DNA from: Felis catus
Taxonomy: Eukaryota
Reading direction: 5' to 3'
NCBI RefSeq assembly: GCF_018350175.1
Contig: NC_058368.1
Span: forward strand, 116,932,001 to 116,996,000
Length of the DNA: 64,000 bases
The notes under the pieces are model-generated. The model had not been told where the DNA came from. It saw nothing but the letters and a program-made list of their open reading frames with translations, and did no database searches. This document shows positions 37,051-56,325 of the stretch, one piece after another. Numbering within the stretch: position 1 is the stretch's first letter; each line of letters starts with the position of its first letter. The position numbers were made by a program, and so were the translations under genes.

Positions 37051-38059
37051 AATTAGATTATTAAACATTTTTATCCTTAGTTTCTCAGGAATGCACCTGT
37101 AATTTTTTATTCTGCCCTATTTTTGAACCAAGATGTGTTAGCATAAGGGAACACTTTAATTGCTTGATGATTTTATACCTTACTTCTTTTCCTTTACAAA
37201 CTCTGACAATCTCCTATTCCTTATAATTTGAGTGAAGGTATGCAATTTTGACTTTGACCTTGGGTGACTTTGAGTGAATTATTCAGAATTCAGCACAATA
37301 AAAAAATAGAAACCACTTTATGTATATCTAACCAATAACAGATATTTGCTAGAAGGTATTAGATGCTTACAGAATCAGAAGAACTGGACAAGCAGAAATG
37401 AGAGAGCCTGCAATTAACTCCTGGTTTTGAAGCCATACTACCATTTTTGTAGTATAGAAATCAGGAAGCCACTGCTACTGCTACTATCAAAACTGTTGCT
37501 CCTACAATGTCCTCTCCCGTCATCACCTCTAAAACTGGTGAAAATTCAGGGGAACCTAGTGTCTAGCTGCCACAATGGCCTCCAATTACTTCTGAAACTG
37601 ATGGCTTGACACAGAAATGCTGACTTGGCTGCAAGCACTCACATCTCTCTGACCTTGCTGATTAATAGCAATGACAGTGGGTAGATGACCTTTGCCTGTC
37701 TTCTCAGGCTCATCATCTGAAGCCATCTCATTGGTAAAACCTAATTTTCATCCAGAATAATAATTCAGAGTCCTTCAAATTAAATTTTAAGATATCTGGA
37801 CCCAGAATTTTTTAAAAATCATAAAAAGAAGTAGGAATGGATGACAGTTGCCAAGAGCCCACTGAGGAAGCATCATTAGTTCAAAGAGAATCTTGTCTCA
37901 GCAAATGAATTCATTTATTGCTTTGGGGCTAAGTTTTCAGTGGAACAAAAATTCTTTTGGCTACAAATCACACCACCAATATGTAGAAATGCAATCATAT
38001 GCTCCTCTAATAACCAACCCAAACAGGCAAGTTAGTTGACCCTATCTGCTTCTAGTGAA

Positions 38060-39740
38060 CAATGGGAACTATTGGTGTGGTTTGAGTGGGTATGACATAG
38101 ACTACTCATTTCACCCAAATATATGTTATCCCCTTTTTTTTTTTTTTTTACTAATAGACCTCTCATTTTTTAGTTGCTCATGTGGATATGTGGGCTATAA
38201 ATTATATTTCCCAACTTCTGCTGTGATTGGAAGTGGTCTTGTACCAAAGTTATGGCCACTGAGACATGACTACAAGTGCCATGGAATATTTCATGGAAGT
38301 AGTCTTTAAAAATGAAGACAAAGCCTTCCCTTTCTCCTACTTATTGGTCTTAATGGAGCTATAAAGGGTGGATATTAGACAGCGGTCTTGAACTGTAAAG
38401 TGAAGGCCATGATTTGAAGGTGATAAAACAACAAGATGGAAAGTGACTATCCCAGATAGCACTGAATGCATTTCAAGCCACTATCCTTTTATAAGAGAAA
38501 ATAAAATTATATTTTGGAGAAGCCATTGTTGTTATGGTTTCTTCTATAATATCAGGTTGAAATTATAGAGAACATATTTATATATAGAAATTACCTAAAA
38601 CATAATTCTTGCTGTTATAGTAAGCTTCTTTAACAAAACGATATTTAAGATAATCAAAGAAGGAACAGCTCAAGATTTAAGAAAAATAATTTTTAAAAAT
38701 GAATTGATTATAGGAATAAAAGTAAATTAATTAAGTAGAATAATAACCACAGAAGATTTCACCAATAAAACATAAGTCTATTTCTTTGAAAAATTCAAGG
38801 GTATTTTGAGTTAAATTGGTGGGTTGGACATATACCTTTAATTTGGCTTCCTCTAAATATGCACTAACATGAAAGTAAAGAGATATTTTCAAAAATATAA
38901 ACTTATAATAATGGAAAGAAGAAGGTAGAGGACAACAGGGAAAAATCTTAGTAGTTGGAAAGTAAATGAATGACTTAGTGGAATGACAAACCAACTACCA
39001 AATCCTGAAGTGTGAAAAGCTGAGAACCAATCCTGTTGAGGCTGCAGGATTTTCAGAAGCATCAGAGCCATCAGCCCTAGATACTATGGAAATGATGATA
39101 GCATGCCAAATATGGAGGGTCACATTAAAATTGCCTGAAAAGTGGTTAAATTTACAGCAGATAACTTTTCCCCAAGTAGTCAATGAGCAACCTCTTTCTC
39201 TGATCCTAGCATTAATTCTAGAGTTTTGATTTCTCATCACCACAAAAAAGGAGAGTCATTATATTAGAGGTTCCACTGGCAAAGTTGAGAGCAGGGGTCA
39301 TATGGGTAGTAGAAATAAATGACCATCTAAACATTGTATGCTGACGGATTGTTAAAATGCAATGAGAGTCATTGGGACCAATTACAGATGTTTCCATTCT
39401 CAGACACATGGCAGAATTTTAATTGTATTTCTTCTTTAAATTACATGTGGCCAATAAAATGTGAGAATAAATGATATATGTTACTTCTGGGCTAAGGCTT
39501 TCAGAGACTGCACATGGTTTAACACATTTACTTTCTCCAATACAGTGATCCTGAAAGCATAGTTAGAGATGGAGTCTCCAGAAGCCTGGATCCCTGGCTG
39601 AGCACCATGAGGACTCCATGCTGAACTGTATAGGATATATAGTGTGAGAAATGAATCAACCTTCATTGTGTTAAGCCTCTGAGATTTGGAGGGGTTGTTT
39701 GATATTGAAGCATTACCTATCATATCCTGAGTGATGCAGA
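38060..39740. mobile_element. ERVL-MaLR (MLT1-like) LTR relics; boundaries approximate
   Basis: attatatttcccaacttctgctgtgattggaagtgg (~38200) and aaccttcattgtgttaagcctctgagatttggagggttgtttg (~39660) resemble MLT1 LTR motifs. Confidence 0.5.
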
Positions 39741-40198
39741 TATCCACTCGTCTTCCTCCATCAGTCCTTTACCTTTTCAACTTATACCTTTTCCTTTTGA
39801 GTAGGAGATTTTATAGAGTTGAAGAATCTAACCAGTCCAAGTGGCAAAGACCTATTCCGACTGACACTAGGGTTTCCCCAACCACAAGTGCTTCCAGTTC
39901 ACCTTAGAGCACACATCAAAATGGACAAGCCCTGCCAACATGCTTAGAGCTAGCACTGAACTCCTTAGGCTACCAAACTAAGTTAAGAACAGACACCTGA
40001 ATGAAACCCCTGAAGAAAGCTTCTAAAAAGAAAAACTGAAACAAAAACCAGGCAAAGAGGGAAAAAAGGTAAATTGGACAAAATAAAGTTTTCAGAGATG
40101 AAAACTTGAAAAAAAAACCCTAAAATTAATATCATCAGATAAGTTGTTGCATCTATGAAATAAGCACAAAAAGAGGACTCTCTTGAAAAATTCCTTAA

Positions 40199-40423
40199 GG
40201 GGCGCCTGGGTGGCTCAGTCGGTTAAGCCTCCGACTTAAGCTCAGGTCACGATCTCGCGGTCCGGTCCGTGAGCTCGAGCCCCGCCTCTGGCTCTGGGCT
40301 GATGGCTCAGAGCCTGGAGCCTGCTTCCCATTCTGTGTCTCCCTCTCTCTTTGCCCCGGCCCTGTTCATGCTCTGTCTCTCTCTGTCTCAAAAATAAATA
40401 AATGTTAAAAAAATTAAAAAAAA
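40199..40423 (+). mobile_element. SINEC_Fc
   Basis: TSD gaaaaattccttaa at 40185-40198 and 40424-40437. Confidence 0.92.
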
Positions 40424-42484
40424 GAAAAATTCCTTAAAAAACAGAGCTCTTGTAAAATATGAACATAATAAATGAAAATCTCAATAGAAGAGCTTGAAGG
40501 TAAGGTTGAGAAAGTATTCCAGGAAATATTGCAAAAGTATTTTAAAATGGCAAAAAGGTGAGAAAAAATAAGGAAATTAGAGATCATACCAGAGGTCCAA
40601 CATCTTATTTGTAGTAATTGAGAGAGACAGAGAGAGGAGAGAGAGAGAAAAAAAAATAACATTACCCATGAACTAATTCCAGAAAATTTCTAAAAGCTGT
40701 AGAAAATTAGTTTCCTAGTAGAAAGTGCTTACCAATTGTCAATGCATGAACTTAAACCCAAACCAAGACACATCAGTGTTTAATTTGAAAATAGCACAAT
40801 GATGAAATACTCCAAGAAGTAAAAATACAGGTTATATAGAAACTATAAAATAAGGTTTCCTTTAGACTTCTTAGCAAGCACATTGATTTTAGGGAGCTCA
40901 CTGACAAAATATTTTAAAATTCTGAAGAAAAATATTTCCAACCTCAAACTCTATCATCAAATTTCCAATCAAGTTTGAGGGCAGACTAAAGATATTTTAA
41001 TACCCTCAAGGTCACAACAAAATGTAACTCTCATACATTCTTCTCTGGAGACTACTGGAATATATCTATTAAAATGATAGAGTAATCCAAGAGAGGAAGT
41101 CAGAATAAAAAGAGAAGAGAATATTGAAAAAAAGAAATGAAATGAATCTTCAAATGATGTCCAAAAATAATCCCAGGATGACAACTGTGTCTCAAGTGCA
41201 AACTAGTCCAATTTGGAGCTGTGTAACTCAAGAGACAGGCATTTTGGAGGATATCATCATCAAGTCTCCTGACATCTTTTCAGATGAAACTATTATAGGA
41301 TGAATCTATTAAAGCCATGGAGTAAATCAAAAAAAGAGGAAGAAATAAAATCCTAAAATAGGAAATCCAACGAGAATAAAAGACAAAGAGAACTCCAAGA
41401 ATGACAGCAAAGGAAAGTTCCAGGAAGATAGCAATGCAGCAGATGTAGAAAACAAACACTCAATTTAAAGAAAATTGGTATCTCGGGAGATATGGGAATG
41501 ACCATGTGGAAAATTCTACTGAGAGGCAATTGGAAGTATGGGAAGAACATGTGATAAATAATAAAGAAAATCAAGTAAATGAAAAAGCAAGGCAATTATT
41601 AACTTCAAGAAAACAGTGAAAAAGAAAATATAATTAGTATACAACCATGTTTGAAATAGTACTACAACTAAAGGAAGGCATGAAAGGGCCTTGAGTGTAC
41701 AAGAGCTAAACCTAATCCAATATAATGAGTCAATTGATAATGCCTAAAATTAATAAAAATACAGCAGAATACAGAATAAGGCAGAAGAGAAAACTAAAGG
41801 AGTTTAAAATGACTGCCTATTGGGAAGGGATCTAGGAAAGTAAGGAAACAAAGGAGGACAAAGATTTTATTCTAAACCACTTAGTACTATTTGATTTTGA
41901 ACCAAGGGTCACATATTTTGAAAAAAGAACCGCATTTTAAAAGATCAGCAAAATAGAGACCTTACAAGTCTCCCCAAGAATAAAAAGGAGATAAAAAATT
42001 AAACATTACTAATAAGAACAAGGCTATAACCAAAGATAAAAAATACAATGAATTTTGCAAATCCAGATAAAATGACTAGTTTTTAAAATTAAATACAAAT
42101 TACTTTAAAACTAAACAAAACCTGGACAGATAACCAAAAGTGAAATGGAAAAGATAGTCATTGATTTACCACCAGCAAAGCCACCAAACCCCCAATCCAT
42201 TAAAAAATTGGAGAAAGGTTTAAGATTTACTTCTGGTGGGAAGCCAGAGTTTAATTTCCTGTTCCCAGATTAAGGAAAACAACAAATTTACTTTTCTACT
42301 AATTCAGACTATCAGAGGGGTAAACAATATAGGCCCTTACTAACATTACTGTGACCATTTAAGGTAAATGGTAATAAAACCGCAAAGACACTTGGGGGGG
42401 GGGGGGGGAAGCTACTCCTGTTGCAGTTCCTTTAATCCGCCATCTTTTTGTTCTATTCTTGAAAGTGGGAATAACATCCACAAA

Positions 42485-42509
42485 ACGCAAGGTGGCGCTG
42501 CAGGCTTAA
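42485..42509 (+). promoter_or_regulatory. CSE / CTCF site of PCDHB7
   Basis: acgcaaggtggcgctgcaggcttaa; CGCT at 42496, 242 nt upstream of the ATG. Confidence 0.88.
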
Positions 42510-42626
42510 AAAGAGGGGGAAATATTCGCACAAAGGATGTTACAGACTCCAGTTTTCAGAGGAAAGCTGGCCAGACAAGAAAAGTAGAAGAAAGGAAACC
42601 GTGGTGTTGGAGTTGGGGAAAAGTAG

Positions 42627-45125
<2,499 letters not shown>

Positions 45126-46074
45126 TAAGGGATGGAACATAAATGTCCATATTGTGTCTGTAAATATTTTTCTATTATGAAATTCGTCCTGAGTTACCTG
45201 TAGAGGAGTGCTTTAATATTATTTAAAGTCAGGGTAAATTTCTTTACGGAGAAACGGATCCAGCTTTAGCCCTAGGAAACTTCCACAAAGCAGGCAATGT
45301 ATATGTGTTATATTTTATCTCAAACAATTGTGCATTTTTTGCAGCCTATTACGTGATTAATCTTGTTTATGATGTTTTAAGTTGGTTTTGTCTTTAAAAT
45401 TTTGCTACTCTTATTTTCTGAGTTGGAGTGTTGTAGTATACCTACTCTTAGTTTTAGAAGTATAGATAGTATCTTTTAAAGCTTTTTAAAAAACGCTTGC
45501 TATGCATCATACACAATTTTAACACTTTTAATATTAGAAGTAAATCTGTAAGGTGTTTTAGAAATGAGCAAATAGATATTCATAGAGGCCCAGCGAGTTC
45601 ACTAGGGTCAGCAACTAATAAATAGTAGAGCTGAGCATCTCTCCTAGATCTGTCTGACTCTGGGATCTTGCTATGATGCTATACAGCTTTCTGTCATTAG
45701 ATATCACCTGGCAAGTTTCTCCTAATTAAGGAGAAGAATCTTCTCAGGTTAGTATTCCTGTTGAGTGTTTTCTACGTTTGGAGATAATAATGTGTGTAGT
45801 GGTCTGTGGTTATATGTTCTCATATACCAATAAGCCAGCTTTTCTGGATCAATTATTCAACTATTATTATTAGAGCTGTGATCTGACCAAAGCTTAAGTT
45901 AAAAAATATTGAAGGATCCATTTGTGCTTTCTCCTTGTTATCTGAACATATGACCTTCATATCACAGAAAACTTAATGACTCTGAATAGAAATAATACAT
46001 CAGTTTGATTGCTTCATTAGTTTATTTTTCCTCACATTGCAATAACTTTTCTACAGTGGTCCCTACCTACTTTT

Positions 46075-46285
46075 TTTTTTTTTTTTCAACGTTTATTTAT
46101 TTTTGGGACAGAGACAGAGCATGAACGGGGGAGGGGCAGAGAGAGAGGGAGACCCAGAATCGGAAACAGGCTCCAGGCTCCGGGCCATCAGCCCAGAGCC
46201 TGACATGGGGCTCAAACTCACGGACCGCGAGATCGTGACCTGGCTGAAGTCGGACGCTTAACCGACTGCGCCACCCAGGCGCCCC
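46075..46285 (-). mobile_element. Young SINEC_Fc
   Basis: TSD cctacctactttt at 46062-46074 and 46288-46300. Confidence 0.93.
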
Positions 46286-47356
46286 ATCCTACCTACTTTT
46301 AAAACACATTTTCCTTCCTTAATTTTAAAGTTAATTTTTAAAACTTCCTATTCAATATATTGCAGTGATGAATCAGGGAAATATAAGAAAAAGAATAGTT
46401 TTAAATATGTCATATTAAAGAAACAAATTGTCATTAAATTGCTTAGAGATTCTGGAAAGTTAATGAGAAGTTTTGCTTGCTATAATAATCTGCCACTGCT
46501 TTTTCTTTAACAACTATTCAGATAATTTCTACATAGCTGTATTCTGAATGTATTATATGCTAAGTTGGTAACTCTTAAAATAGTACTGCTACTATGAATT
46601 ACTAATGGGATAAAGTCTAAGGGCAAAAGAAAAACCCCTCATGGCAGTAAAATCCTAAATTGCTTTCATGGTGTCAGGGTAAAATTATCCTTTTTCCAAC
46701 AAATCAATGAAATGGAAAAAGGGAGGAGGGAATTCTACACAATGAAAGAAATTAAGACACATACCAAGCAAATATAATGCTTGGTGGGTCTTGATTCAAA
46801 CAACCATAACAACTGAAAGAATTAGAGAAATTTGAATCTAAGTGGATATTAAATAATGCTAACCTAACTTCTTAGGTGTGGGGATGGCATTATAGTTGTT
46901 TTATTTTTTTAAGTATTAAAAGTTGGAGATCTATAATGAAGTATTTATGGGTGAAAACTTAGTTTGGGATCGGAAAATGATGGGCAGATAGAGTGAGCAA
47001 TAATGGCAAAATATTGAGAACTGTTGAAGCTAGTGATGAGTACCTGGAGATTCATCATACAGTTCTTCCTTATGGGGTTTGAAATTTTTCATAATAAAAA
47101 GTTTTTACAATTGACACTGTAAGAAGGGAAGTTAATGAAATTAGGACATCCATCTGAGATGTGGAATCACCACTGCAGTTACAGATTATATCTTTCTTAG
47201 ATAAACTCTCCAGCCTTTCCTTGTTTCATCATTTGAGATGATAATTTCTGAGTAATCCTGCTCATACATTCTTCTACCACATGAATCTTGGGTGTTTTCA
47301 AGTTACGGCAATGGACTCATGTAAACTCTGCTACCTGATGGCATCAAATTACATGC

Positions 47357-47360
<4 letters not shown>

Positions 47361-47391
<31 letters not shown>
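47361..47391. repeat. (GT)n microsatellite
   Basis: Direct reading. Confidence 0.9.
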
Positions 47392-47394
<3 letters not shown>

Positions 47395-47604
47395 AAGTTA
47401 ATCTCTCTCTGTCTCAGTATCTTCATCTGTAAAGTGAGGAAACTCAAGGCGGCCCTATGAGGTATACACTATTACTATCTCCATCCTACAAGTGAGAAAA
47501 CTGGGAGAGGTTAAATAATTTGTCCAAGTTTCATAGCTAGCAGTTTCCATAGTTCTTGGCAATAAAAATATGTAACTCTGAGAGTTTTCTGTATGACTCC
47601 AATT

Positions 47605-47850
47605 GTGTGTGTGTATGTATATGTATGTGTGTGTATATATATATACATAATACATATACTATATACTATATATATATGAGTTTAATTTTGAGAGAGAGTA
47701 CAAGCAGAATAGGGGCAGAGAGGCAGGGGCAGAGCATCTGAAGCAGGCTCTGTGCTGACAGCAGTGAGCCGAAAGTGGGGCTCTAACTCACAAACCACAA
47801 GATCATGACTTGAAGTCAGACGCTCAACCAATGAGCCACTCAGGCACCCC
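47605..47850 (-). mobile_element. Can-SINE (47679-47850) adjoining a (TG)/(TA) microsatellite
   Basis: Reverse SINEC body ending caggcacccc; TG/TA repeats on the tail side. Confidence 0.82.
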
Positions 47851-48110
47851 TCCAGTTGTATATTTTAATTGTATATGTTTTCTTCTTAGCCAGGCTGTTA
47901 CATAAATATTTTCTTTTTGCTCCAAATTCACTTAGCGTTATTGAAAGTAGAAAGTTCTTACTAGTGTTATTTCTCTTTTTTGGCTCTCAGACAGTTGTCT
48001 GCACCGTAAAGTCCAGGGATAGTAAAGGTAAGACTCAGTATAGTACATACAGGCAAGAGTTGGGAATACTGCATCATTTTTCATCCCAGAAAATGTAAGA
48101 TCCTATGAGG

Positions 48111-48135
48111 ACGCCTGGTGGCGCTGCAGGATAAG
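48111..48135 (+). promoter_or_regulatory. CSE / CTCF site of PCDHB8
   Basis: acgcctggtggcgctgcaggataag; CGCT at 48122, 246 nt upstream of the ATG. Confidence 0.88.
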
Positions 48136-48172
48136 ACGGTACAAACCAGCACCGCAGCTGCAGCACCATTAA

Positions 48173-50764
<2,592 letters not shown>

Positions 50765-51017
50765 TTGTATTGTTTTTCATATTCCAGATATTTAAAATTG
50801 GTAAGTTCAAGATATAGCTTTCCTGGCAATCCGTTAAGACTTTTTAAATCACACTAAACTTGCCTGCAAAATACTTTATATTACCCCTTTGTTATAAAGA
50901 ATAGTCTTTTTTTCATCACTATGAGATGATTGGTCTTAAATTTTGCCCTCAAAACACTGATGAGGTCATTAGTTGTACAAATTGTTGCTGTGGAATAGTT
51001 TAGGAATGGATTAGGAT

Positions 51018-51205
51018 GGGGCACCTGGGTAGCCCGGGTGAGCATCCCAACTTCCCCTCAGGTCATGATCTCACTGCTCCAGACTTGGAGCCCAGAATAG
51101 GGCTGGATGCTGTGGGAGCCCCATTCGGATCCTCTGTCTCCTTCTCTTTCTGCCCCTCCCCCTCAAAAAGGACTAAACATTTTTTAAATAGAGCTTGAAA
51201 AAAGA
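51018..51205 (+). mobile_element. Diverged Can-SINE
   Basis: TSD aatggattagga at 51005-51016 and 51206-51217. Confidence 0.82.
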
Positions 51206-51390
51206 AATGGATTAGGAAAAAATAGTGGAAAGTTCATTTTATACAATCAATTGTATTCCCTTTTCTTGTTTTAAATCATTAGATAAATAAAAGCAGTAAT
51301 ACACTAACACATGAAGTATGCCTGGTGGAGAAGGAAATAACTGGTACAGTGAGAATCTGGCTCTTGCTTTATTCTGCTCTCATAGCTCTT

Positions 51391-51498
51391 TTTTAATTTA
51401 CTTAGAGAGAGGATGTGTGCACACATGCATGCGAAGGAGGGGCAGAGAGAGGGCAGAAAAGAGAGAATCCCAAACAGACTCTGCGCATTCAGGGAAGC
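51391..51498 (-). mobile_element. 5'-truncated Can-SINE
   Basis: 16-bp TSD tgctctcatagctctt at 51375-51390 and 51499-51514. Confidence 0.85.
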
Positions 51499-52182
51499 TG
51501 CTCTCATAGCTCTTAACTCTGATATTGTTTTCTCTTAAATGTTATACTAACTGTGCTTCCTTTCATTCATATAGTAGTGTTAATTTTAATATAATTATTT
51601 TAATTGCTTTCTATTAAGTTTCATTGCTGTTAACTGGAGGAAAAATAGCTACATTGTGTTCATCCAGTGACATAAGATAGCATAGTAGTGAAATGGACTT
51701 TTTCTATTTGAGAAACATTGAGCATGGATGACAGTAAATGCATTGGCCACCAAATATCCATTTATTTTTTCTTCCTTAGTAACATCACAAATTACATGTA
51801 GAGCATTAGCAAGTTTAGTAAAAAAAAAAAAATACTTTTTCCCTCCTTGGCAGCTGGAATGGAGCATTTCACTAGGTTATTGCCAATGGAATGTATATAC
51901 AGATGTTGTAGGAGACTTCCAAGAAGGCTATTTAAAGGGAGAGGTACCTTTTTGTTCTTCTCTAACTGCTTCTTATGGCTTGGAATGTGTAAGTAATAGC
52001 TGAAACACAATTAGCCATGTTGGACCATAGAACAACACTAAGGATGGAAATATTGTACAAAGATAGTCAGTGTAGAATAAACTTAAAAGAAATGAGGGTC
52101 CCTGGTAACTATGGAGTCATCATATCACCCCTGGAGTGCCTACTTCTGAATTTCTTTTTTTACTTGAGAGATGAAAGAACTT

Positions 52183-52399
52183 TTTTTTTTTTTTTTCAAC
52201 GTTTATTTATTTTTGGGACAGAGAGAGACAGAGCATGAACGGGGGAGGGTCAGAGAGAGAGGGAGACACAGAATCTGAAACAGGCTCCAGGCTCTGAGCC
52301 ATCAGCCCAGAGCCCGACGCGGGGCTCGAACTCACGGACTGTGAGATCGTGACCTGGCTGAAGTCGGATGCTCAACCGACTGTGCCACCCAGGCGCCCC
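52183..52399 (-). mobile_element. Young SINEC_Fc
   Basis: 16-bp TSD agagatgaaagaactt at 52167-52182 and 52400-52415. Confidence 0.93.
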
Positions 52400-53378
52400 A
52401 GAGATGAAAGAACTTCTATCTCATTTCAGCACCATCATTTTAGTTTTTGTGCTACCTCCAGTGGAATCCAATCCTAAGGCTTTAACAGTAAGATTTTTTA
52501 AAACTAAAATGTTATGTAAGACAGTAAAATGCACAGATCTTAAGTGTATAATTTGATATAACTGATCTCTTAAAGCTCTTATTCATGATTTCTAATTTAG
52601 TTCAAAGTAGGGTACAGAAAAAAAAATAGTAGACTAGAATGCTTTACATTCATTATCTTTTTAGTCCTCTGCCAAACTCTAAGGTCTGAATAAGGGACTT
52701 AGAAAAAATGTATGTAATAAAGTGAAACTTTCTAAGTTACATATGAGAAAACTGAAGCTTAGAAAGGTTAGTAACTTGCTAGCAATTATAAAGTAATAAA
52801 AGGAGAAATTTGAATATCTGTTTTAACTGAATACTCCAGTTCTTAATCCATGTGTTATAATGGCAGGCATTAACTGGTAGCATTGTCTTCCTAACTAAGG
52901 AAAGTGAAATCCATCTATTCCATAAACTGAACCTTATGTAGAAATGTAGCTTTTAGTCTACAGTTTGTACTTGTTTCTTTACTATAGACTAAAATACTAC
53001 TCTGGACCAGTAGATCCAAAGTTCTTATAGAAGCACTGACCTACTATCTGGGTGAGACACCACAGTTAATCTTCACTGGGAGTAATACAGCCTGATCATT
53101 TTCCTGTACCGTCTCAACATATCCCATTCATTATTGCAGTAATGAATGCCCTGAATAAGGAATAAAGTTACCTTATGGTTATGTTTCTTGAGTTTCTTGT
53201 ACTTAGCCCTTCAGTCTGTTTTCTGTCAGTCCTAATATAAAATTTTTATTTTCCTTAGAAAGTTGAAATTCACTTTATTATTTACATTTTTTCTAAGTCC
53301 CTTATGCAGATTAAATACACTGTATTTATTTTAGCACACTATTATTTGAAAGCAATTGATATTCTAGTATTAATTTTA

Positions 53379-53576
53379 TTTTTTAAAGCTTATTTTTTTA
53401 TTTTGAGAGAGGGAGAATGAGCATGGCAGAGGGGCAGAGGGAGAGAGAGAGAGAGAGGGAGACAGAGGATCGGAAACAGGCTCTGTGCTGACAGCAGAGA
53501 GCCAGATGGGGGGCTTGAACTCATGAGACCTGAGCTGAAGTCAGATGCTTAACCAACTGAGCCACACAGGTGCCCC
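53379..53576 (-). mobile_element. Can-SINE
   Basis: Flanking repeat tattctag(t/c)attaatttta at 53360-53378 and 53580-53598. Confidence 0.87.
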
Positions 53577-53736
53577 TCATATTCTAGCATTAATTTTAAA
53601 TGAAATAACTAATTTCAGAGAAGTATAGGCAATGATGTGGAAGATTTTTTTTCACTGAATAATTTAGAGATTCTGGAAATTTAGTAGGAACAAAACTGAT
53701 AGGCTCCAGCTATGTTCTGTTAAAATTAACCACATT

Positions 53737-53956
53737 GGGGCGCCTGGGTGGCGCAGTCGGTTAAGCGTCCGACTTCAGCCAGGTCACGATCTCGCGGTCC
53801 GTGAGTTCGAGCCCCATGTCAGGCTCTGGGCTGATGGCTCAGAGCCTGGAGCCTGTTTCCGATTCTGTGTCTCCCTCTCTCTCTGACCCTCCCCCGTTCA
53901 TGCTCTCTCTCTGTCCCAAAAATAAATAAACGTTGAAAAAAAATTAAAAAAAAAAA
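53737..53956 (+). mobile_element. Young SINEC_Fc
   Basis: TSD taaaattaaccacat at 53721-53735 and 53957-53971. Confidence 0.93.
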
Positions 53957-54154
53957 TAAAATTAACCACATCTTTGGCAACTCCAGAAAAAAATTATGCT
54001 GCAAAAAATTTAGAGAGTCATAAATGACTTTATTCTGAAAGGATGGCTTACTGGAGCTGAATCAGACATCTTCCAGCAATTGCTTTGGGAAACTATTCTT
54101 GTAGAGTGATAAATTGTTGTTGACTCAGCTGTGAGGTGCATGAATATCCATACT

Positions 54155-54628
54155 TGTGTACCATATTTTTTTTTCCATTGTTGCTATAAAAAATTACCAC
54201 AAAGTTGCTTAAAACAAAAAAAATGTATTACCTTACAGCTTTTTAGGTCTCATGTCTGGTATAGGTATCACTGGGATAAATCAAAGTGTTGGCAGGAGTG
54301 CATGTCTTTCTGGTGGCTCTAAAAAAGAATCTGTTTCTTTGTCTTTTCCAACTTCTAGATGCTGCCTACATTACTTGACTCATGTCACCTTTCATCCATT
54401 GTCAAAACCAAATATTGTATCTCTTAAACAGATTATTCCATAATCATATCTCCTTTTGACCATTCCCAACAAAAGTTTTCCCACCCAGATAATCCAGGAT
54501 AATCTTCCCTTCATAAGATCTTCAATTTAATTACATCTATAAACCTTTTGTCATGTAAGATACATATTTACAGATTTGGGGAATTCGGATGTCTTTGGGT
54601 GGGTAGCCATTATTCTATCTACCACAGA
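54155..54628. mobile_element. MLT1-type (ERVL-MaLR) solo LTR
   Basis: ccattgttgctataaaaaattaccacaaagttgcttaaaacaa...tgtattaccttacagc ... ccattattctatctaccaca termini typical of MLT1. Confidence 0.72.
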
Positions 54629-54849
54629 TTGGCTGCTTGGAAGAAAATCATTCAGTCTAGCAATACCACTGGTAGCCAATGGAAAGCACATAAAGGTCTT
54701 TATAACAGGAATTTAGGCCTCATTGATTAGATGCTTTAATCCCAGACAAGGTATTTAACAAACTTCTAAGAATTACTAAGAAAAACACTGAATTGATAAA
54801 GATATGAAGCTTACTGCAATTCAATTCAAATTATAGAAATGGAAAGTCT

Positions 54850-55735
54850 GAACAAATACATACAAATCTGAAAGGGACTTGTATCTAGGATATACAAAGA
54901 ACGCTTGTAACTCAATTATGAAAAGNNNNNNNNNNNNNNNNNNNNNNNNNNNNNNNNNNNNNNNNNNNNNNNNNNNNNNNNNNNNNNNNNNNNNNNNNNN
55001 NNNNNNNNNNNNNNNNNNNNNNNNNNNNNNNNNNNNNNNNNNNNNNNNNNNNNNNNNNNNNNNNNNNNNNATACCCACTAGAGTGGGTAGAATCAAAAAG
55101 TCAGATAACCAATGTTGGAAGGATGTGGGAAAACTGGAATGCTGATACAAAGCTGATGGGAATGTAAAATGGTGCAGCCACCTTGGAAAATATAGAGCTA
55201 CCATATGACCTGGCAATTCTGCCAGAGAAATGAAAGTTTATGTCCACATGAACTCTTGTATATGAATGTTTGCAGCAGCAGGACTCTGANNNNNNNNNNN
55301 NNNNNNNNNNNNNNNNNNNNNNNNNNNNNNNNNNNNNNNNNNNNNNNNNNNNNNNNNNNNNNNNNNNNNNNNNNNNNNNNNNNNNNNNNNNNNNNNNNNN
55401 NNNNNNNNNNNNNNNNNNNNNNNNNNNNNNNNNNNNNNNNNNNNNNNNNNNNNNNNNNNNNNNNNNNNNNNNNNNNNTTATTCTGTTCATATGAAAGTCC
55501 AGAATAGGGAAATCTATAGAGATAGAAAGTAAATTAGTTATTGATTAGGGCTCAGCATGGGAGGGATAGGGTATTAGGGTTGTTGCTAAAGCGTATGGAT
55601 TTTGAGGGGTGATGAAAATGTTCTAAAATTGACTATGGTGATGGATGTGCTACTCTGTGAATATACTATAATTCACTGAATTGTACACTTTAAATGAGTG
55701 AACTGTGTGGTATGTGAGTTATATGTCATTAAAGC
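54850..55735 (+). mobile_element. Old L1 3' region with two N runs (54926-55070, 55290-55476)
   Basis: tacccactagagtgggtagaatcaaaaagtcagataaccaatgttggaaggatgtgg ... gaattgtacactttaaatgagtgaactgtgtggtatgtgagttatatgtc. Confidence 0.78.
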
Positions 55736-56300
55736 TTTTTAAATATAACAAATTATTCTTGTTATATATATATTTTAAAAGAATCCAAAAGCATGGCAGG
55801 CCTAATCTTGAGATCTATGTATTTGGGAAATAATTTTTCAATAACTTGAAAATTGCAAAAACAGCTCTCAGTCTTCAGTGTTGTAAAGAAGAGGAAGTAT
55901 GCAATTTAATAACGCATTGGTTAAATAATATCTTTAGAACTGTCACTAATTGCAATTTTGCAGTGTCCATTCATTTGTAATTCTGTAATGTGTACCATGA
56001 AAATGATCTACTTGTGAAACTTTTCCCATGGTAATTCAAAAACATTTTGCTCCTAAATGTACATTGTTTTCAGCTTAAATGTTAATTATTTTATTTAATC
56101 ATGAACTCTCAACAGGTTTTAACAGTAACATAAGTGAGTTTGATCTTTGTACTCCTCCTGTGCAACAACACAGAGCTCTATCTGAACACACACACATCAC
56201 ATGAAAATAGAGCTCATTGTTTTATATTACAGAACACATTTTACACAACTTATTTGGTACATTTAGGAGTATTTTGTGGAAAATATAAGACTCAGTGAGA

Positions 56301-56325
56301 ACACATGGTGGCGCTGCAGGTTAAA
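56301..56325 (+). promoter_or_regulatory. CSE / CTCF site of PCDHB16
   Basis: acacatggtggcgctgcaggttaaa; CGCT at 56312, 237 nt upstream of the ATG. Confidence 0.88.
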
